A stretch of 47,033 nt of DNA from Acidimicrobiia bacterium (GCA_035513195.1 DATKCM010000067.1:1-47033), one strand, 5' to 3'; shown: positions 1 through 8,603, counted from the first letter of the stretch. The notes: generated by a model from the letters alone, not told the origin. Numbers and translations: made by a program.

Positions 1-165
1 GACCGGTGGTTTCGAGTCGGGGGCGACCTCGACCAAATCGAGATCAAGCTGTTCGGCAAGCCAGAGGGCTTCGTTGAGTTTCTTGACTCCTATCTGGGAG
101 CCGTCGGGTGCTACCACCCGCACTTCACTTGCCCTGATGGCACCGTTTACACGCAGCTCGCTAAT
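1..165 (-). CDS. infC: translation initiation factor IF-3, N-terminal part (gene continues beyond the left edge)
   Basis: Absent from the ORF track because it has a non-canonical start and is truncated. The minus frame 165->1 is open and reads ISELRVNGAIRASEVRVVAPDGSQIGVKKLNEALWLAEQLDLDLVEVAPDSKPPV, the conserved IF-3 N-domain. The first codon (165..163) is ATT, 8 nt downstream of AGGAGG. No in-frame ATG/GTG/TTG lies upstream. Confidence 0.85.
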   Translation of the reverse strand, partial: MSELRVNGAIRASEVRVVAPDGSQIGVKKLNEALWLAEQLDLDLVEVAPDSKPPV

Positions 166-179
166 CGCTGTTTCCTCCT
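163..179 (-). promoter_or_regulatory. Shine-Dalgarno AGGAGG (179..174) plus ATT/AUU initiation codon of infC
   Basis: The minus strand reads CAGGAGGAAACAGCG-ATT-AGC-GAG. An AUU start is the hallmark of IF-3 autoregulation in many bacteria. Confidence 0.7.
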
Positions 180-208
180 GTTGTGTGGCTTGTGTTATCT
201 CATTCGCG

Positions 209-238
209 AAAAAAGCAGCAAGAAGAAAACTTGCTGCT
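209..238 (-). terminator. Rho-independent terminator-like hairpin with T-tract
   Basis: The minus strand reads A-GCAGCAAG-TTTTCTT-CTTGCTGC-T followed by TTTTT, a 9-bp stem plus T-run. It lies 180 nt downstream of the ribH stop and about 45 nt upstream of the infC start. Confidence 0.6.
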
Positions 239-420
239 CACCCAGCCGGATTTCCGGCTGAATCTGTGACCTCGGCGCCCTCGGTCGATGAGGTTTACTC
301 ACGATCGGGGGCCGGGTGGGGAAGCAGCAGCTTCCGCTCTTGCTCTTGGGGTTGTGCCCGTAATGATACCAGCCCGCCGTTGGTTAGCCAGAGCGGCGTA
401 GTAGCTCGCCGGGTCGCCCT

Positions 421-873
421 TCAAAGCGCAGCGATCGCGTTAGCCGTTTCGACCGCGGCGTTGACGGCTTCGACCCCTTTGCTGGCGTCCCCGGTGCCGG
501 CCCGGGCCAGGGCATCTGCCACGTCGTGCACGGCGAGTATGGCATTGCCGATGGGGACACCGGTCTCCAGTGCGAGCTGAGCGACGCCGGACGTGGACTG
601 GCTGACCACGATGTCGTAGTGGTCGGTTTCACCTTTGATGACCACCCCGATGACGACGACAACGTCACAACCCCGTTCCACAAGAGCACGCGCACCGACC
701 GGGATCTCCAGTGCTCCGGGGACATGGAGGACCGTCACATCGTCAGCACCCAGCTCCTCCAGCCTCGCCATCGCACTGCCCAGCAAAAGATCAGTGATCG
801 ACTGGTTCCACCGGGCGACGACGATCCCGACCTTTATCCCGGAGGCATCGAGGTCGCCGATAACTTCTCTCAC
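421..873 (-). CDS. ribH: 6,7-dimethyl-8-ribityllumazine synthase
   Basis: 150 aa. Lumazine synthase signatures are present (VVARWNQSITDLL, HVPGALEIP, VIGVVIKGETDHYD). The GTG start overlaps the ribBA stop (GTGA). Confidence 0.95.
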   Translation of the reverse strand: MREVIGDLDASGIKVGIVVARWNQSITDLLLGSAMARLEELGADDVTVLHVPGALEIPVGARALVERGCDVVVVIGVVIKGETDHYDIVVSQSTSGVAQLALETGVPIGNAILAVHDVADALARAGTGDASKGVEAVNAAVETANAIAAL

Positions 874-2081
874 GCACCAGCCTCTTGGTCGAGCGTGTGG
901 CCCATCCGCTGCGCCTTGGTCTCCAGATATCGCCGGTTCTCATCGTTGGGATCGATCGTCAGCGGAACCTGCTCCACGATCGAGAGCCCATATCCTTCGA
1001 TGGCGGCGCGTTTCTTGGGATTGTTAGTGAGCAGACGCATCGACCGAACCCCGAGGTCGTACAGGATCTGGGAACCCACGCCGTAGTCACGGGAGTCTGC
1101 CGGGAAGCCCAGGTACACGTTGGCATCGACCGTGTCCAGCCCGTCGTCCTGAAGGTTGTAGGCAGCGAGTTTGTGCATCAGGCCGATTCCCCTCCCCTCG
1201 TGGCCGCGCAGATACAGGATCACGCCGCGGCCCTCTTCTGCTATCAGCTGCAATGCGGCATCCAATTGCTCACCGCAATCGCACCTGAGACTCCCGAATG
1301 CATCGCCGGTAAGGCACTCGGAGTGAACCCTCGTCAAGACATTCTCCCCCTCGCCAAGGTCGCCCATCACGAGAGCTATCTGGTGATGCCCGTCGACCGA
1401 GTCGTACCCAATCGCCTTGAACGTGCCATATGCGGTGGGCATCCTCGCCTCGACGATCCGCTCCACCAGCTTCTCCTGCTTGCGTCGGTATGCGATGAGG
1501 TCGGCGATCGTCCCGATGAGCAAGTCATGTTCGTCTGCAAATTTCTCCAGTTCGGGGAGCACGGCCACAGTGCCGTCGTCGTTCATCACCTCGGCGAGCA
1601 CCGCCGCCGGGTACATCCCGGCGAGGCGCGCCAGGTCGACACCGGCCTCGGTGTGACCAGCGCGTTTCAGCACTCCCCCCGGCTCGTAGCGCAGCGGGTA
1701 CATGTGGCCCGGCCGGGCAAGGTCCTCGGGCCGGGTCTCGGGGTCGAGCACCGCGAGCACGGTGCGGGTCCGGTCGGCAGCCGAGATACCCGTCGTGGTG
1801 CCCTCGGTGGCATCGATCGAGACGGTGAAGGCGGTGCGGCGAACGTCGGTGTTCCTGGCCACCATCATCGGGACTTCGAGCTGGTCGAGGCGCTCTCCTT
1901 CGATGGGAAGGCAGATGATTCCGCTGCTGTGGCGGAGCACGAAGCCCATCTTCGCCCGGTCTGCTGCCTCCGCAGCGAAGATGAGGTCGCCTTCGTTTTC
2001 ACGGTCTTCGTCGTCGACCATGATCACCATCTCGCCACGACCGATGGCAGCGATGATCTCTTCAACGGCAGCGAACTTCAT
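870..2081 (-). CDS. ribBA: bifunctional 3,4-dihydroxy-2-butanone-4-phosphate synthase / GTP cyclohydrolase II
   Basis: 403 aa. The N-terminal half is a DHBP synthase (DDEDRENEGDLIFAAE). The C-terminal half is a GCH-II (RVHSECLTGDAFGSLRCDCG, HEGRGIGL). Confidence 0.96.
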   Translation of the reverse strand: MKFAAVEEIIAAIGRGEMVIMVDDEDRENEGDLIFAAEAADRAKMGFVLRHSSGIICLPIEGERLDQLEVPMMVARNTDVRRTAFTVSIDATEGTTTGISAADRTRTVLAVLDPETRPEDLARPGHMYPLRYEPGGVLKRAGHTEAGVDLARLAGMYPAAVLAEVMNDDGTVAVLPELEKFADEHDLLIGTIADLIAYRRKQEKLVERIVEARMPTAYGTFKAIGYDSVDGHHQIALVMGDLGEGENVLTRVHSECLTGDAFGSLRCDCGEQLDAALQLIAEEGRGVILYLRGHEGRGIGLMHKLAAYNLQDDGLDTVDANVYLGFPADSRDYGVGSQILYDLGVRSMRLLTNNPKKRAAIEGYGLSIVEQVPLTIDPNDENRRYLETKAQRMGHTLDQEAGA

Positions 2082-2662
2082 TTGGCCAGCAATCTCTCTA
2101 CGTATTTGGCGAGGACATCAACTTCTACGTTGACCCTATCCCCCGGTGCCTTCGACCCCAACGTCGTCACTTCCCGGGTATGAGGGATTATCGCAACCTC
2201 GAACCCGTCCTCGTCCAGTCCGGCAACGGTGAGGCTGATCCCGTCGACAGTCACCGAGCCCTTCTCGACCAGGTAGCGCAGTAGAGCCCCGTCAGCGGCA
2301 AGACCGACCCGGATCGAGTCACCTTCGTCGACCATCGCCCGGACCGTGGCGACCCCGTCGACGTGGCCCTGGACGATGTGACCGTCGAACATCGAGTCGG
2401 GAGTCATCGGCAACTCGAGATTGACCGGGTGCCCGTCGGCAACGTCACCCAGGGTCGTCCGGGACAGTGTCTCCGCGATGGCGTTCACCAGGACGCGATT
2501 TCCGTCAACTGAGACCGCGGTCAGACAGGTCCCGTTGACCGAGACCGAGCCGCCGACCTCCATCGAAGCCAGCAGGGGGGATTCGATAACGAAGCTGAGA
2601 TCCTGGCCGTCCCGGGTCACCCCGGCGACCGTACCCAAAGCCTGGACAATTCCTGTGAACAC
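2078..2662 (-). CDS. ribE: riboflavin synthase (alpha chain)
   Basis: 194 aa. It starts MFTGIV and has a second repeat with GHIVQGHVDG. The GTG start and ATGA-type coupling fit its position in the rib operon. Confidence 0.94.
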   Translation of the reverse strand: MFTGIVQALGTVAGVTRDGQDLSFVIESPLLASMEVGGSVSVNGTCLTAVSVDGNRVLVNAIAETLSRTTLGDVADGHPVNLELPMTPDSMFDGHIVQGHVDGVATVRAMVDEGDSIRVGLAADGALLRYLVEKGSVTVDGISLTVAGLDEDGFEVAIIPHTREVTTLGSKAPGDRVNVEVDVLAKYVERLLAK

Positions 2663-2670
2663 GTGGCTCC

Positions 2671-3714
2671 TTACTGGAACCCGATTCTCACATCAGGCCC
2701 CACCGATTGCACATCGAAAATCTCAACCTCTCGAGCATCTTCGATGTTCCCGAAGGACCCAGCCAGTGGTGTGATCCCCGCCCCACCGCCGACTTTTGCG
2801 GCGACATAGGCATAGCCGCGGGTGATCACCCCGGCCGCCCACCACGAGCCAAGAAGGGTGGGGCCGCCCTCCAGGAGGATGTCGAGGTAGCCCATATCGC
2901 CCAGTGCGGCTGCCGCCAGCGCCGGTGCCGGCGGGGCGCCTCCGCTTATCTCCAGGACTTCACCCCGCGGGGCCGACCCACCTTCAGCCGTGATCACGAG
3001 CGGGTTCAGTCCCCAGATCTGTGCTTCAGCAGGCAAGGCGCGGCTTCCGGCAACGATCACCGGCCGCGGTTGCGGGCCGAGATATCCATCGAGCCGCACA
3101 TTGAGTCGTGGATCATCGGAGCGCAAGGTCCCGGCGCCGATCACCACGGCGTCGACCTGGCTGCGGAGCAAGTGAGCGTCCTGGCGGGCCTCCGGTGAGG
3201 TGATCCACCGCGACGTCCCGTCGGTGGCCGCAACCGACCCGTCGAGCGTCATCGCGAACTTTGCAGTTACCCGGGGAAGGCCGGTGCGGCGATGGTGGAA
3301 ATACGCAGGGTCGACAGCTTCGGCATCCGCCGGCTGATCGGAGAGGACCACTTCCACACCCGCGTCTCGAAACGCCGCGACACCGCTGCCAGAGACCTTC
3401 GGGTCGGGATCCTCGATGCCGATCACGATCCGGGCAATGCCGGCGGCGAGAACCGCATCGACACAGGGCGGGGTCCGACCAAGATGGGAGCAGGGCTCCA
3501 GGCTGACGTAGAGATCCGAGCCTCGAGCGGCATCGCCTGCCGCGGCCAGAGCTACCACTTCTGCGTGATCATTCCCGGGACCCGAGTGAAAACCTTCGCC
3601 AACGACGACGCCGTCTTTGACCACAAGAGCACCCACTCCAGGGTTGGGATGAGTGTGGTGTCCTGGCGCTAGCTCAAACGTGCGCCGCAATCGGGCGCTG
3701 TCGAACAGGTCCAC
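2671..3714 (-). CDS. ribD: bifunctional diaminohydroxyphosphoribosylaminopyrimidine deaminase / 5-amino-6-(5-phosphoribosylamino)uracil reductase
   Basis: 347 aa. A deaminase zinc motif (HAEVVAL ... PCSHLGRTPPC) is followed by a RibD_C reductase domain. The GTG start shares 1 nt with the upstream TAG stop. Confidence 0.94.
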   Translation of the reverse strand: MDLFDSARLRRTFELAPGHHTHPNPGVGALVVKDGVVVGEGFHSGPGNDHAEVVALAAAGDAARGSDLYVSLEPCSHLGRTPPCVDAVLAAGIARIVIGIEDPDPKVSGSGVAAFRDAGVEVVLSDQPADAEAVDPAYFHHRRTGLPRVTAKFAMTLDGSVAATDGTSRWITSPEARQDAHLLRSQVDAVVIGAGTLRSDDPRLNVRLDGYLGPQPRPVIVAGSRALPAEAQIWGLNPLVITAEGGSAPRGEVLEISGGAPPAPALAAAALGDMGYLDILLEGGPTLLGSWWAAGVITRGYAYVAAKVGGGAGITPLAGSFGNIEDAREVEIFDVQSVGPDVRIGFQ

Positions 3715-4643
3715 TAACCGAGGCGCCGGTCAATCCGATAGGTGGAGCCCGGTTGCTTCTTGGCGAATTCCTTCATCTCTACCGCCACTGCCGATGCCTC
3801 CCACTGAGTGCTCATATCACGGACTTCAGTTGAGGCTACACCCAAGGACAACGAGACAACCGGGAACGCATAGCGCTCACCGCGGCGGTCGATGACCTCG
3901 ATATAGCCGCGGAGGGCATCAGCGGTGTCATAGAGGTCGAGGATCCCGTCGTCGAAACGCTCGACGACTTCCTTGCAGTACGCCTCGGCCATGCCTGCGG
4001 GGATGATCGTGACGAAGTCGTCGCCTCCGATGTGGCCCACGAAGGGGTCTTCGATCCCAAGGGCGACTGCGGCGTTGGTGAGACAGTTTCCGCAGAACCT
4101 GATTACCTCGTCGCCGCGCATGAACCCGTAGTGGTCGTTGAAGGCCTTGAAGTTGTCCAGGTCACCGTGAACCAAAGCGAAGGGGCGGTCCTCGTGGATC
4201 CGCTGCTCGATCTCACGAGTGATCCGGAAGTTTCCGGGAAGACCGGTGAGAGGTGAGAGGTCGCGCGCGGCCTGGGTACGGCGGAGGACGGCAGACACCC
4301 GGGCGACGAGCTCGTTGATGTCAAATGGTTTGGTGATGTAGTCGTCGGCACCGAGCTCCAGACCACGAACCCGGTCTTCGGGCAAGCCACGGGCGGTGAG
4401 CAGAATGATCGGGATGTTGGCAGTGGATGCCTGTGCCCGGAGGCGGTGGAGGGCAGTGAGACCGTCCATGCGCGGCATCATGATGTCGAGGACAATTGCA
4501 TCGGGAGGCACCGTTGTTGCCTTCTGAATGGCGTCTTCGCCATCGACAGCGGTATCGACCTCGAATCCCTCGAGCTCGAAGTTGACCTTGACGACCGCCA
4601 GAATGTCCGGATCGTCGTCAGCAACCAATACCCGTTCAGTCAT
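3714..4643 (-). CDS. response regulator: receiver domain fused to a GGDEF-family (diguanylate-cyclase-like) domain with variant GGDDF motif
   Basis: The REC domain has DDDPD and the phospho-acceptor context VLDIMMPRMDG, plus TKPF. The GGDEF-like domain has SPLTGLPGN, DLDNFKAFNDHYGFMRGDEV and HIGGDDF. I prefer the ATG at 4643 (MTERVLV, SD GAGGA upstream) over the TTG at 4652. It overlaps the rpe stop by 8 nt. Confidence 0.85.
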   Translation of the reverse strand: MTERVLVADDDPDILAVVKVNFELEGFEVDTAVDGEDAIQKATTVPPDAIVLDIMMPRMDGLTALHRLRAQASTANIPIILLTARGLPEDRVRGLELGADDYITKPFDINELVARVSAVLRRTQAARDLSPLTGLPGNFRITREIEQRIHEDRPFALVHGDLDNFKAFNDHYGFMRGDEVIRFCGNCLTNAAVALGIEDPFVGHIGGDDFVTIIPAGMAEAYCKEVVERFDDGILDLYDTADALRGYIEVIDRRGERYAFPVVSLSLGVASTEVRDMSTQWEASAVAVEMKEFAKKQPGSTYRIDRRLG

Positions 4644-5301
4644 TTTCCTCAATAATCCTTCTGAGTTCTCTCACTGCGTCGACCGGGTCTTTCGAACCAA
4701 AGATCGCAGTCCCTGCAACGAAAACATTTGCCCCGGCTGCCGCGACACTGCCGATGTTTTCAGGCGTAATGCCTCCGTCAATTTCAATATCGGCCGACAA
4801 ACCATGGTTCTCAACCGTTTCTCGTAGTTTCTCGACTTTGCCGAGAGTCTCGGGGATGAGCACCTGTCCGCCAAAACCCGGCTCGACCGACATCACTAAA
4901 ACGACATCGACAAGCTCAAGAAACGGCTCGACAGCCACCATTGGAGTCCCCGGATTGATGACAAGCCCTGCATCGAGGTTTTCGGCCCGTGCCCGCTGCA
5001 ACGCCACGGTCGGGTCCGGAATGGCCTCGATATGCATCGTGACCAGATCGGCGCCGGCTTCGGCTAGCTCGGGAAGGAAGGCATCGGGGTTTGTGGTCAT
5101 CAGATGACAGTCGAAGAGAAGGTCGGACTTCTCTCTCAGCGCCGCGATCACGGGAATACCGAAGCTCAGGTTAGGGACGAAATGTCCGTCCATGACATCC
5201 AGGTGGAGCCAGTCGACCGACGACTCGACCCTGGCCACCTCTTCGCCGAGTCGGGCAAAGTCAGCGGCTAGCAGCGATGGGGCGATTTTGATCTGGCTCA
5301 T
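4636..5301 (-). CDS. rpe: ribulose-phosphate 3-epimerase
   Basis: 221 aa. Signatures include APSLLAADF and HLDVMDGHFVPN. The fmt-rpe-rib context is conserved. Confidence 0.95.
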   Translation of the reverse strand: MSQIKIAPSLLAADFARLGEEVARVESSVDWLHLDVMDGHFVPNLSFGIPVIAALREKSDLLFDCHLMTTNPDAFLPELAEAGADLVTMHIEAIPDPTVALQRARAENLDAGLVINPGTPMVAVEPFLELVDVVLVMSVEPGFGGQVLIPETLGKVEKLRETVENHGLSADIEIDGGITPENIGSVAAAGANVFVAGTAIFGSKDPVDAVRELRRIIEEND

Positions 5302-5355
5302 CTCATACCGATTGTACGGTCGGCGTAGCGTAGATCCCGCGCTCTGCCCTCAGGA

Positions 5356-6270
5356 TCATCCCACACGGCCACTTCGACCCGGGCGCCCCCGCAGCCAGGC
5401 GTCGCCCTGGGTCCGGCTCTTGCCCGGGCTCTGTACCGAGGTCAGCCGCACCGAGCCGCCGCTCAGCCCGACCACGGGCCAGCCATCGTTCTCTTCCCAG
5501 GTGCTATGGGCAACGTTGCCCCCGTCGCTTTCGGCGGAGAGGATCTTCACAGCCACTCCGTCGATTTCGAGTGTCGCTCCCGGTGACGGGAATAGTCCCC
5601 GAACCCGATTGACAAACTCCGTCGGGCTCATTTCCGATGAGAGGATCCGGTCCGATTTCGTCAGCTTGGAGGCGTAGGTGGCACCCTCCCCGGTTTGGAC
5701 CACCGGCATCAGTTCGGCACGGAGATACGGGTCGAGGCTCTCGGTGAGAAGGCGCGCTCCGAGCCGGGCCAATCGTTCGGTGAGATGCCCAGCGTCTTCG
5801 CCGGCCTCGATGTCGACGGCCTGCGCGGTGAGGACGGGTCCTGTGTCCAGACCGTCATCGAGTTTGATGATGGTGACACCGGTCATCGTGTCACCCTCTA
5901 TCAGAGCCCGATTGACCGGCGCCGCCCCTCGCCACCTGGGGAGGAGGGAGAAATGAACGTTGAGCATTCCCTCCCCGGGGATGGCCAGGGATTCACCTCG
6001 GATGATCCGCCCGTAGGCAACCACAATGCCCACGTCAAATGGCCTTGAGTTAACCAGCGCGCCATGGAGCTCGTCGTGCGTGGCGGGCTGAGCTACCTCA
6101 AGGCCAAGGGCGAGGGCAGCCTGTTTCACAGGGCCGGGTTGTGGAGTCCCCGATCTCCCCCTAGGCCGATCCGGTTGAGTGACGACCAACCCGACCTCGA
6201 AATGTGCGGAGAGGGCCTCCAGAGTCGGAACCGCCGCCTCCGGCGACCCGAGGAAGACAATCCTCGTCAT
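5356..6270 (-). CDS. fmt: methionyl-tRNA formyltransferase
   Basis: 304 aa. Signatures include IVFLGSPEAAVPTLEAL and HFSLLPRWRGAAPV. The ATG overlaps the def stop (ATGA). Confidence 0.95.
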   Translation of the reverse strand: MTRIVFLGSPEAAVPTLEALSAHFEVGLVVTQPDRPRGRSGTPQPGPVKQAALALGLEVAQPATHDELHGALVNSRPFDVGIVVAYGRIIRGESLAIPGEGMLNVHFSLLPRWRGAAPVNRALIEGDTMTGVTIIKLDDGLDTGPVLTAQAVDIEAGEDAGHLTERLARLGARLLTESLDPYLRAELMPVVQTGEGATYASKLTKSDRILSSEMSPTEFVNRVRGLFPSPGATLEIDGVAVKILSAESDGGNVAHSTWEENDGWPVVGLSGGSVRLTSVQSPGKSRTQGDAWLRGRPGRSGRVG

Positions 6271-6776
6271 TCGAAGTGGGCGAGCCCCAGCGCCTCGTCC
6301 CTCAAGTCCTTCAGAGCTCTTTTCCGCGTCGGCTTGTCGAGCACGTCCATCAGCAGGCCTCCGTGGAGGTGGGCGATCTCATGCTGCAGAACCCTTCCCA
6401 ACAGGCCATCTCCTGCATATTCGACTTCCTTCCCCTCGAGGTCGAGGGCTTTGACCCTGGCGAAGGCGGGGCGCTTGATCTCCCATGAACGACCGGGAAC
6501 GGAGAGGCAGCCTTCCTCGTAGACCAATTCGCCGGACAACTTGAGGATCTCTGGGTTGATCATCACCCGCGGCCCGAGGTCGTCCTGGGCATCGAAGACT
6601 GCGATCGATTTCACCACACCGATCTGATTCGCGGCGAGGCCGACCCCGGGAGCCTCGTACATAATCTCGATCATGTCCGATACCAGTGTCGCGATCTGGT
6701 CGTCGATCTCTGTGACCGGCTTTGGCTTCATCCGGAGCACCGGATCGCCATATATTCGTATCGGATAGAGAGCCAT
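6267..6776 (-). CDS. def: peptide deformylase
   Basis: All three deformylase motifs are present: GVGLAANQIG, EGCLSVPG and QHEIAHLHG. The internal ATG at 6776 (MALYPIRIYGDPVL) matches the family N-terminus and avoids overlap with priA. The ORF-track start at 6878 is rejected. Confidence 0.9.
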   Translation of the reverse strand: MALYPIRIYGDPVLRMKPKPVTEIDDQIATLVSDMIEIMYEAPGVGLAANQIGVVKSIAVFDAQDDLGPRVMINPEILKLSGELVYEEGCLSVPGRSWEIKRPAFARVKALDLEGKEVEYAGDGLLGRVLQHEIAHLHGGLLMDVLDKPTRKRALKDLRDEALGLAHFE

Positions 6777-6831
6777 TACGTATCCAGGTCTACAAGCAGT
6801 TGGGAAACGAGGGTAGCGAACCGGTGTCGCG

Positions 6832-8583
6832 TCACAGATCAATCGGGTCGGCATCGACCCGGATGGTTGCACCACCATCTCTCAGCTTCTGGAGAGTCTT
6901 GCGCATCTCCTGTTTCACTTGCTGGAGATCGCCCTGGAGCAACCACCGATGCCTGTCATTGCTCTCGACGGGACCCATGACCATGCCTGCAGCAAGCTCA
7001 CGCAGAGCCGCGGATACCACATCCGGCTCGACTCCTCGTGCTTCGATCGCCATCATCTCGCTGGCTGGCGGGAACCCGTCGCGTGCCCTTCGCGCGAGGA
7101 TCTCTTCGAGGTAGGGGAACGGCTCCCCCCGGCGAAGGGCAGCGATCAGCGCCGAGCCCGGATCCGAGGTCTGGAGAATGGTCCGATATCCCCTGCTCCG
7201 ACCAACGGATCCCACCAGCCTGGCCAGGATCCGTAGTGCTTCCTCTGAAGACCGATAGTTCTGACCGTGGATGAGGGCGTCAGGGTCGACCGCCACTGCC
7301 ATGGTCAAACCGGAGAGGCCGGCAAGGTCCCGTTCGGTCCCCACGGTGATGAGGGCGCCGTCGCCGGACTCCCCGACCCGGTCCGCCCCGACACGGGCCG
7401 AGATCTCCTTGACCAGGCGTGATGGAATCGTGCCCATGGTCTCGAAGCCGGATCCTCCACACTGTCTGCAGTTGCCCGTGACCGAGCCGCAGCGCCGGCA
7501 TTCCGCCCTGCGTCCGACATGAGAGCCGCAGCGCCCGCAGAGACGGATGGCACGACACGAAACGCAGCGAACTGAGGCGTCACCGGCGCGGAGGTGGGTG
7601 AAGACAAATGCGCGGCCCCCGCTGGCGGCCACCGATCGCAGAGCGGAAAGTGATCGCTCTGAGAGGAACCCGCTGCCCGGCGGGTCCTCCCTCCGGTCGA
7701 CGATTTCGACCAGACCCCATGGCCGCCGGGGCTGGACTACCTCGGCGCCCGCTGCGATCAACTCGACGCTTGGGGTCGGGCCGACGAACAAGAGACCGAA
7801 ACCTTCAATTCTCGAGCGGGTTCTCATCAGGTCACGAATGTGGACGGTCGGCGTCTGCCGGTCCTTCATCGCTCGCCTGCCCTCTTCGAAGACGATTGCT
7901 AAAGCCAGGTCCTTGACCGTCCAATAAGCGGCACGGGGCGTCCCGACAACAACGGCCGGGCCCGAGTTCGCTCTTTCCCAGGCGGCGGTCGCGTCCGAAC
8001 CGTTTCCCTCCGGGATGAGGACAACTCTTTCCCGCATGGCGGTTTCGAGCGTCTCGAAGATCTCACGCGCCTCACGGACCGTGGGGACGACCACCAACGC
8101 GCTGCCGTCAGATGCTGCCACCGGTGTCAGCAGTCGTCGCCAGTCGGCATCGACCCAGTGCGTGACGTAGGCGGTGACCGGTCTGCGTCTTCCGGCGACA
8201 GCTGCATCGACGAACTCCCTCATGGGGAAGTCTCCGGCGTCATCGTTGCACCGCCTGGGCTTGATCGGGAGCAACCTCCCTGGAAGGGTCGGCGGAGAAG
8301 CCTTGTCGAGCAGGACCGACACCGGGCTGACGTAGTGACTGGCGGCCCACCGGAGCGTCTTGAGGATGTCGGTGTCAAATACGGGGGCGTCGCCGGAGAT
8401 GGCGAGCACATCCTTCAGCTTGCCCGGATGGTCTTGTTTGCGATCGACCACGTACCCGCGCACCCGCCTTCCTCCGAGAGGAACTCTGACGATCGAGCCA
8501 ACCTTCAGGTCAGCCTCGAGGTGAACTGGAATTGAATACCAGAAACCTGCATCGACAGAGAACGATGGGACGGCCGGGATCAC
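6832..8583 (-). CDS. priA: primosomal protein N' (PriA), apparently lacking canonical Walker A / DEAH motifs
   Basis: The N-terminus (FWYSIPVHLEADLKVGSIVRVPLGGRRVRGYVV) and the Cys-rich zinc region (CVSCRAIRLCGRCGSHVGRRAECRRCGSVTGNCRQCGG) are typical of PriA. The start is set at the GTG at 8583, the first start codon after the metK stop. The upstream part of the ORF overlaps metK. Confidence 0.85.
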   Translation of the reverse strand: MIPAVPSFSVDAGFWYSIPVHLEADLKVGSIVRVPLGGRRVRGYVVDRKQDHPGKLKDVLAISGDAPVFDTDILKTLRWAASHYVSPVSVLLDKASPPTLPGRLLPIKPRRCNDDAGDFPMREFVDAAVAGRRRPVTAYVTHWVDADWRRLLTPVAASDGSALVVVPTVREAREIFETLETAMRERVVLIPEGNGSDATAAWERANSGPAVVVGTPRAAYWTVKDLALAIVFEEGRRAMKDRQTPTVHIRDLMRTRSRIEGFGLLFVGPTPSVELIAAGAEVVQPRRPWGLVEIVDRREDPPGSGFLSERSLSALRSVAASGGRAFVFTHLRAGDASVRCVSCRAIRLCGRCGSHVGRRAECRRCGSVTGNCRQCGGSGFETMGTIPSRLVKEISARVGADRVGESGDGALITVGTERDLAGLSGLTMAVAVDPDALIHGQNYRSSEEALRILARLVGSVGRSRGYRTILQTSDPGSALIAALRRGEPFPYLEEILARRARDGFPPASEMMAIEARGVEPDVVSAALRELAAGMVMGPVESNDRHRWLLQGDLQQVKQEMRKTLQKLRDGGATIRVDADPIDL

Positions 8584-8603
8584 CTGGGCGGATGGAAGGA
8601 CGG

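Noticed and set aside
195-305. 33-codon GTG-initiated minus-strand ORF (VSKPHRPRAPRSQIQPEIRLGEQQVFFLLLFSRMR) in the infC leader.
   Set aside because: It has no SD, it runs through the two hairpins and the terminator, and its composition is dictated by the stems. It was treated as non-coding.
885-2183. 432-aa plus-strand ORF antisense to ribBA. Similar long ORFs occur at 12579..13625(+), 16229..17398(-), 16237..17244(+), 35647..36588(-), 39691..40839(+) and 41627..42340(+).
   Set aside because: All of them lie antisense to, or out of frame with, genes that have unmistakable family signatures. Their translations are Arg/Pro/Gly/Ala-rich with no recognisable motifs. This is the usual stop-codon-poor artefact of high-GC DNA.
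3700-3730. Expected FMN (RFN) riboswitch upstream of ribD.
   Set aside because: There is no intergenic space. The ribD GTG shares a nucleotide with the stop of the upstream REC-GGDEF gene.
6777-6878. N-terminal extensions offered by the ORF track for def. The same applies to priA 8584..8916, pyrF 12834..13067, pyrB 20278..20352, aroK 23640..23792, the PATAN protein 26587..26706, alaS 31552..31701 and cutA 45023..45118.
   Set aside because: The extensions overlap the upstream gene, are compositionally odd, and are not part of the conserved family N-termini. Internal starts give canonical N-termini and typical 1-4 nt couplings or short spacers.
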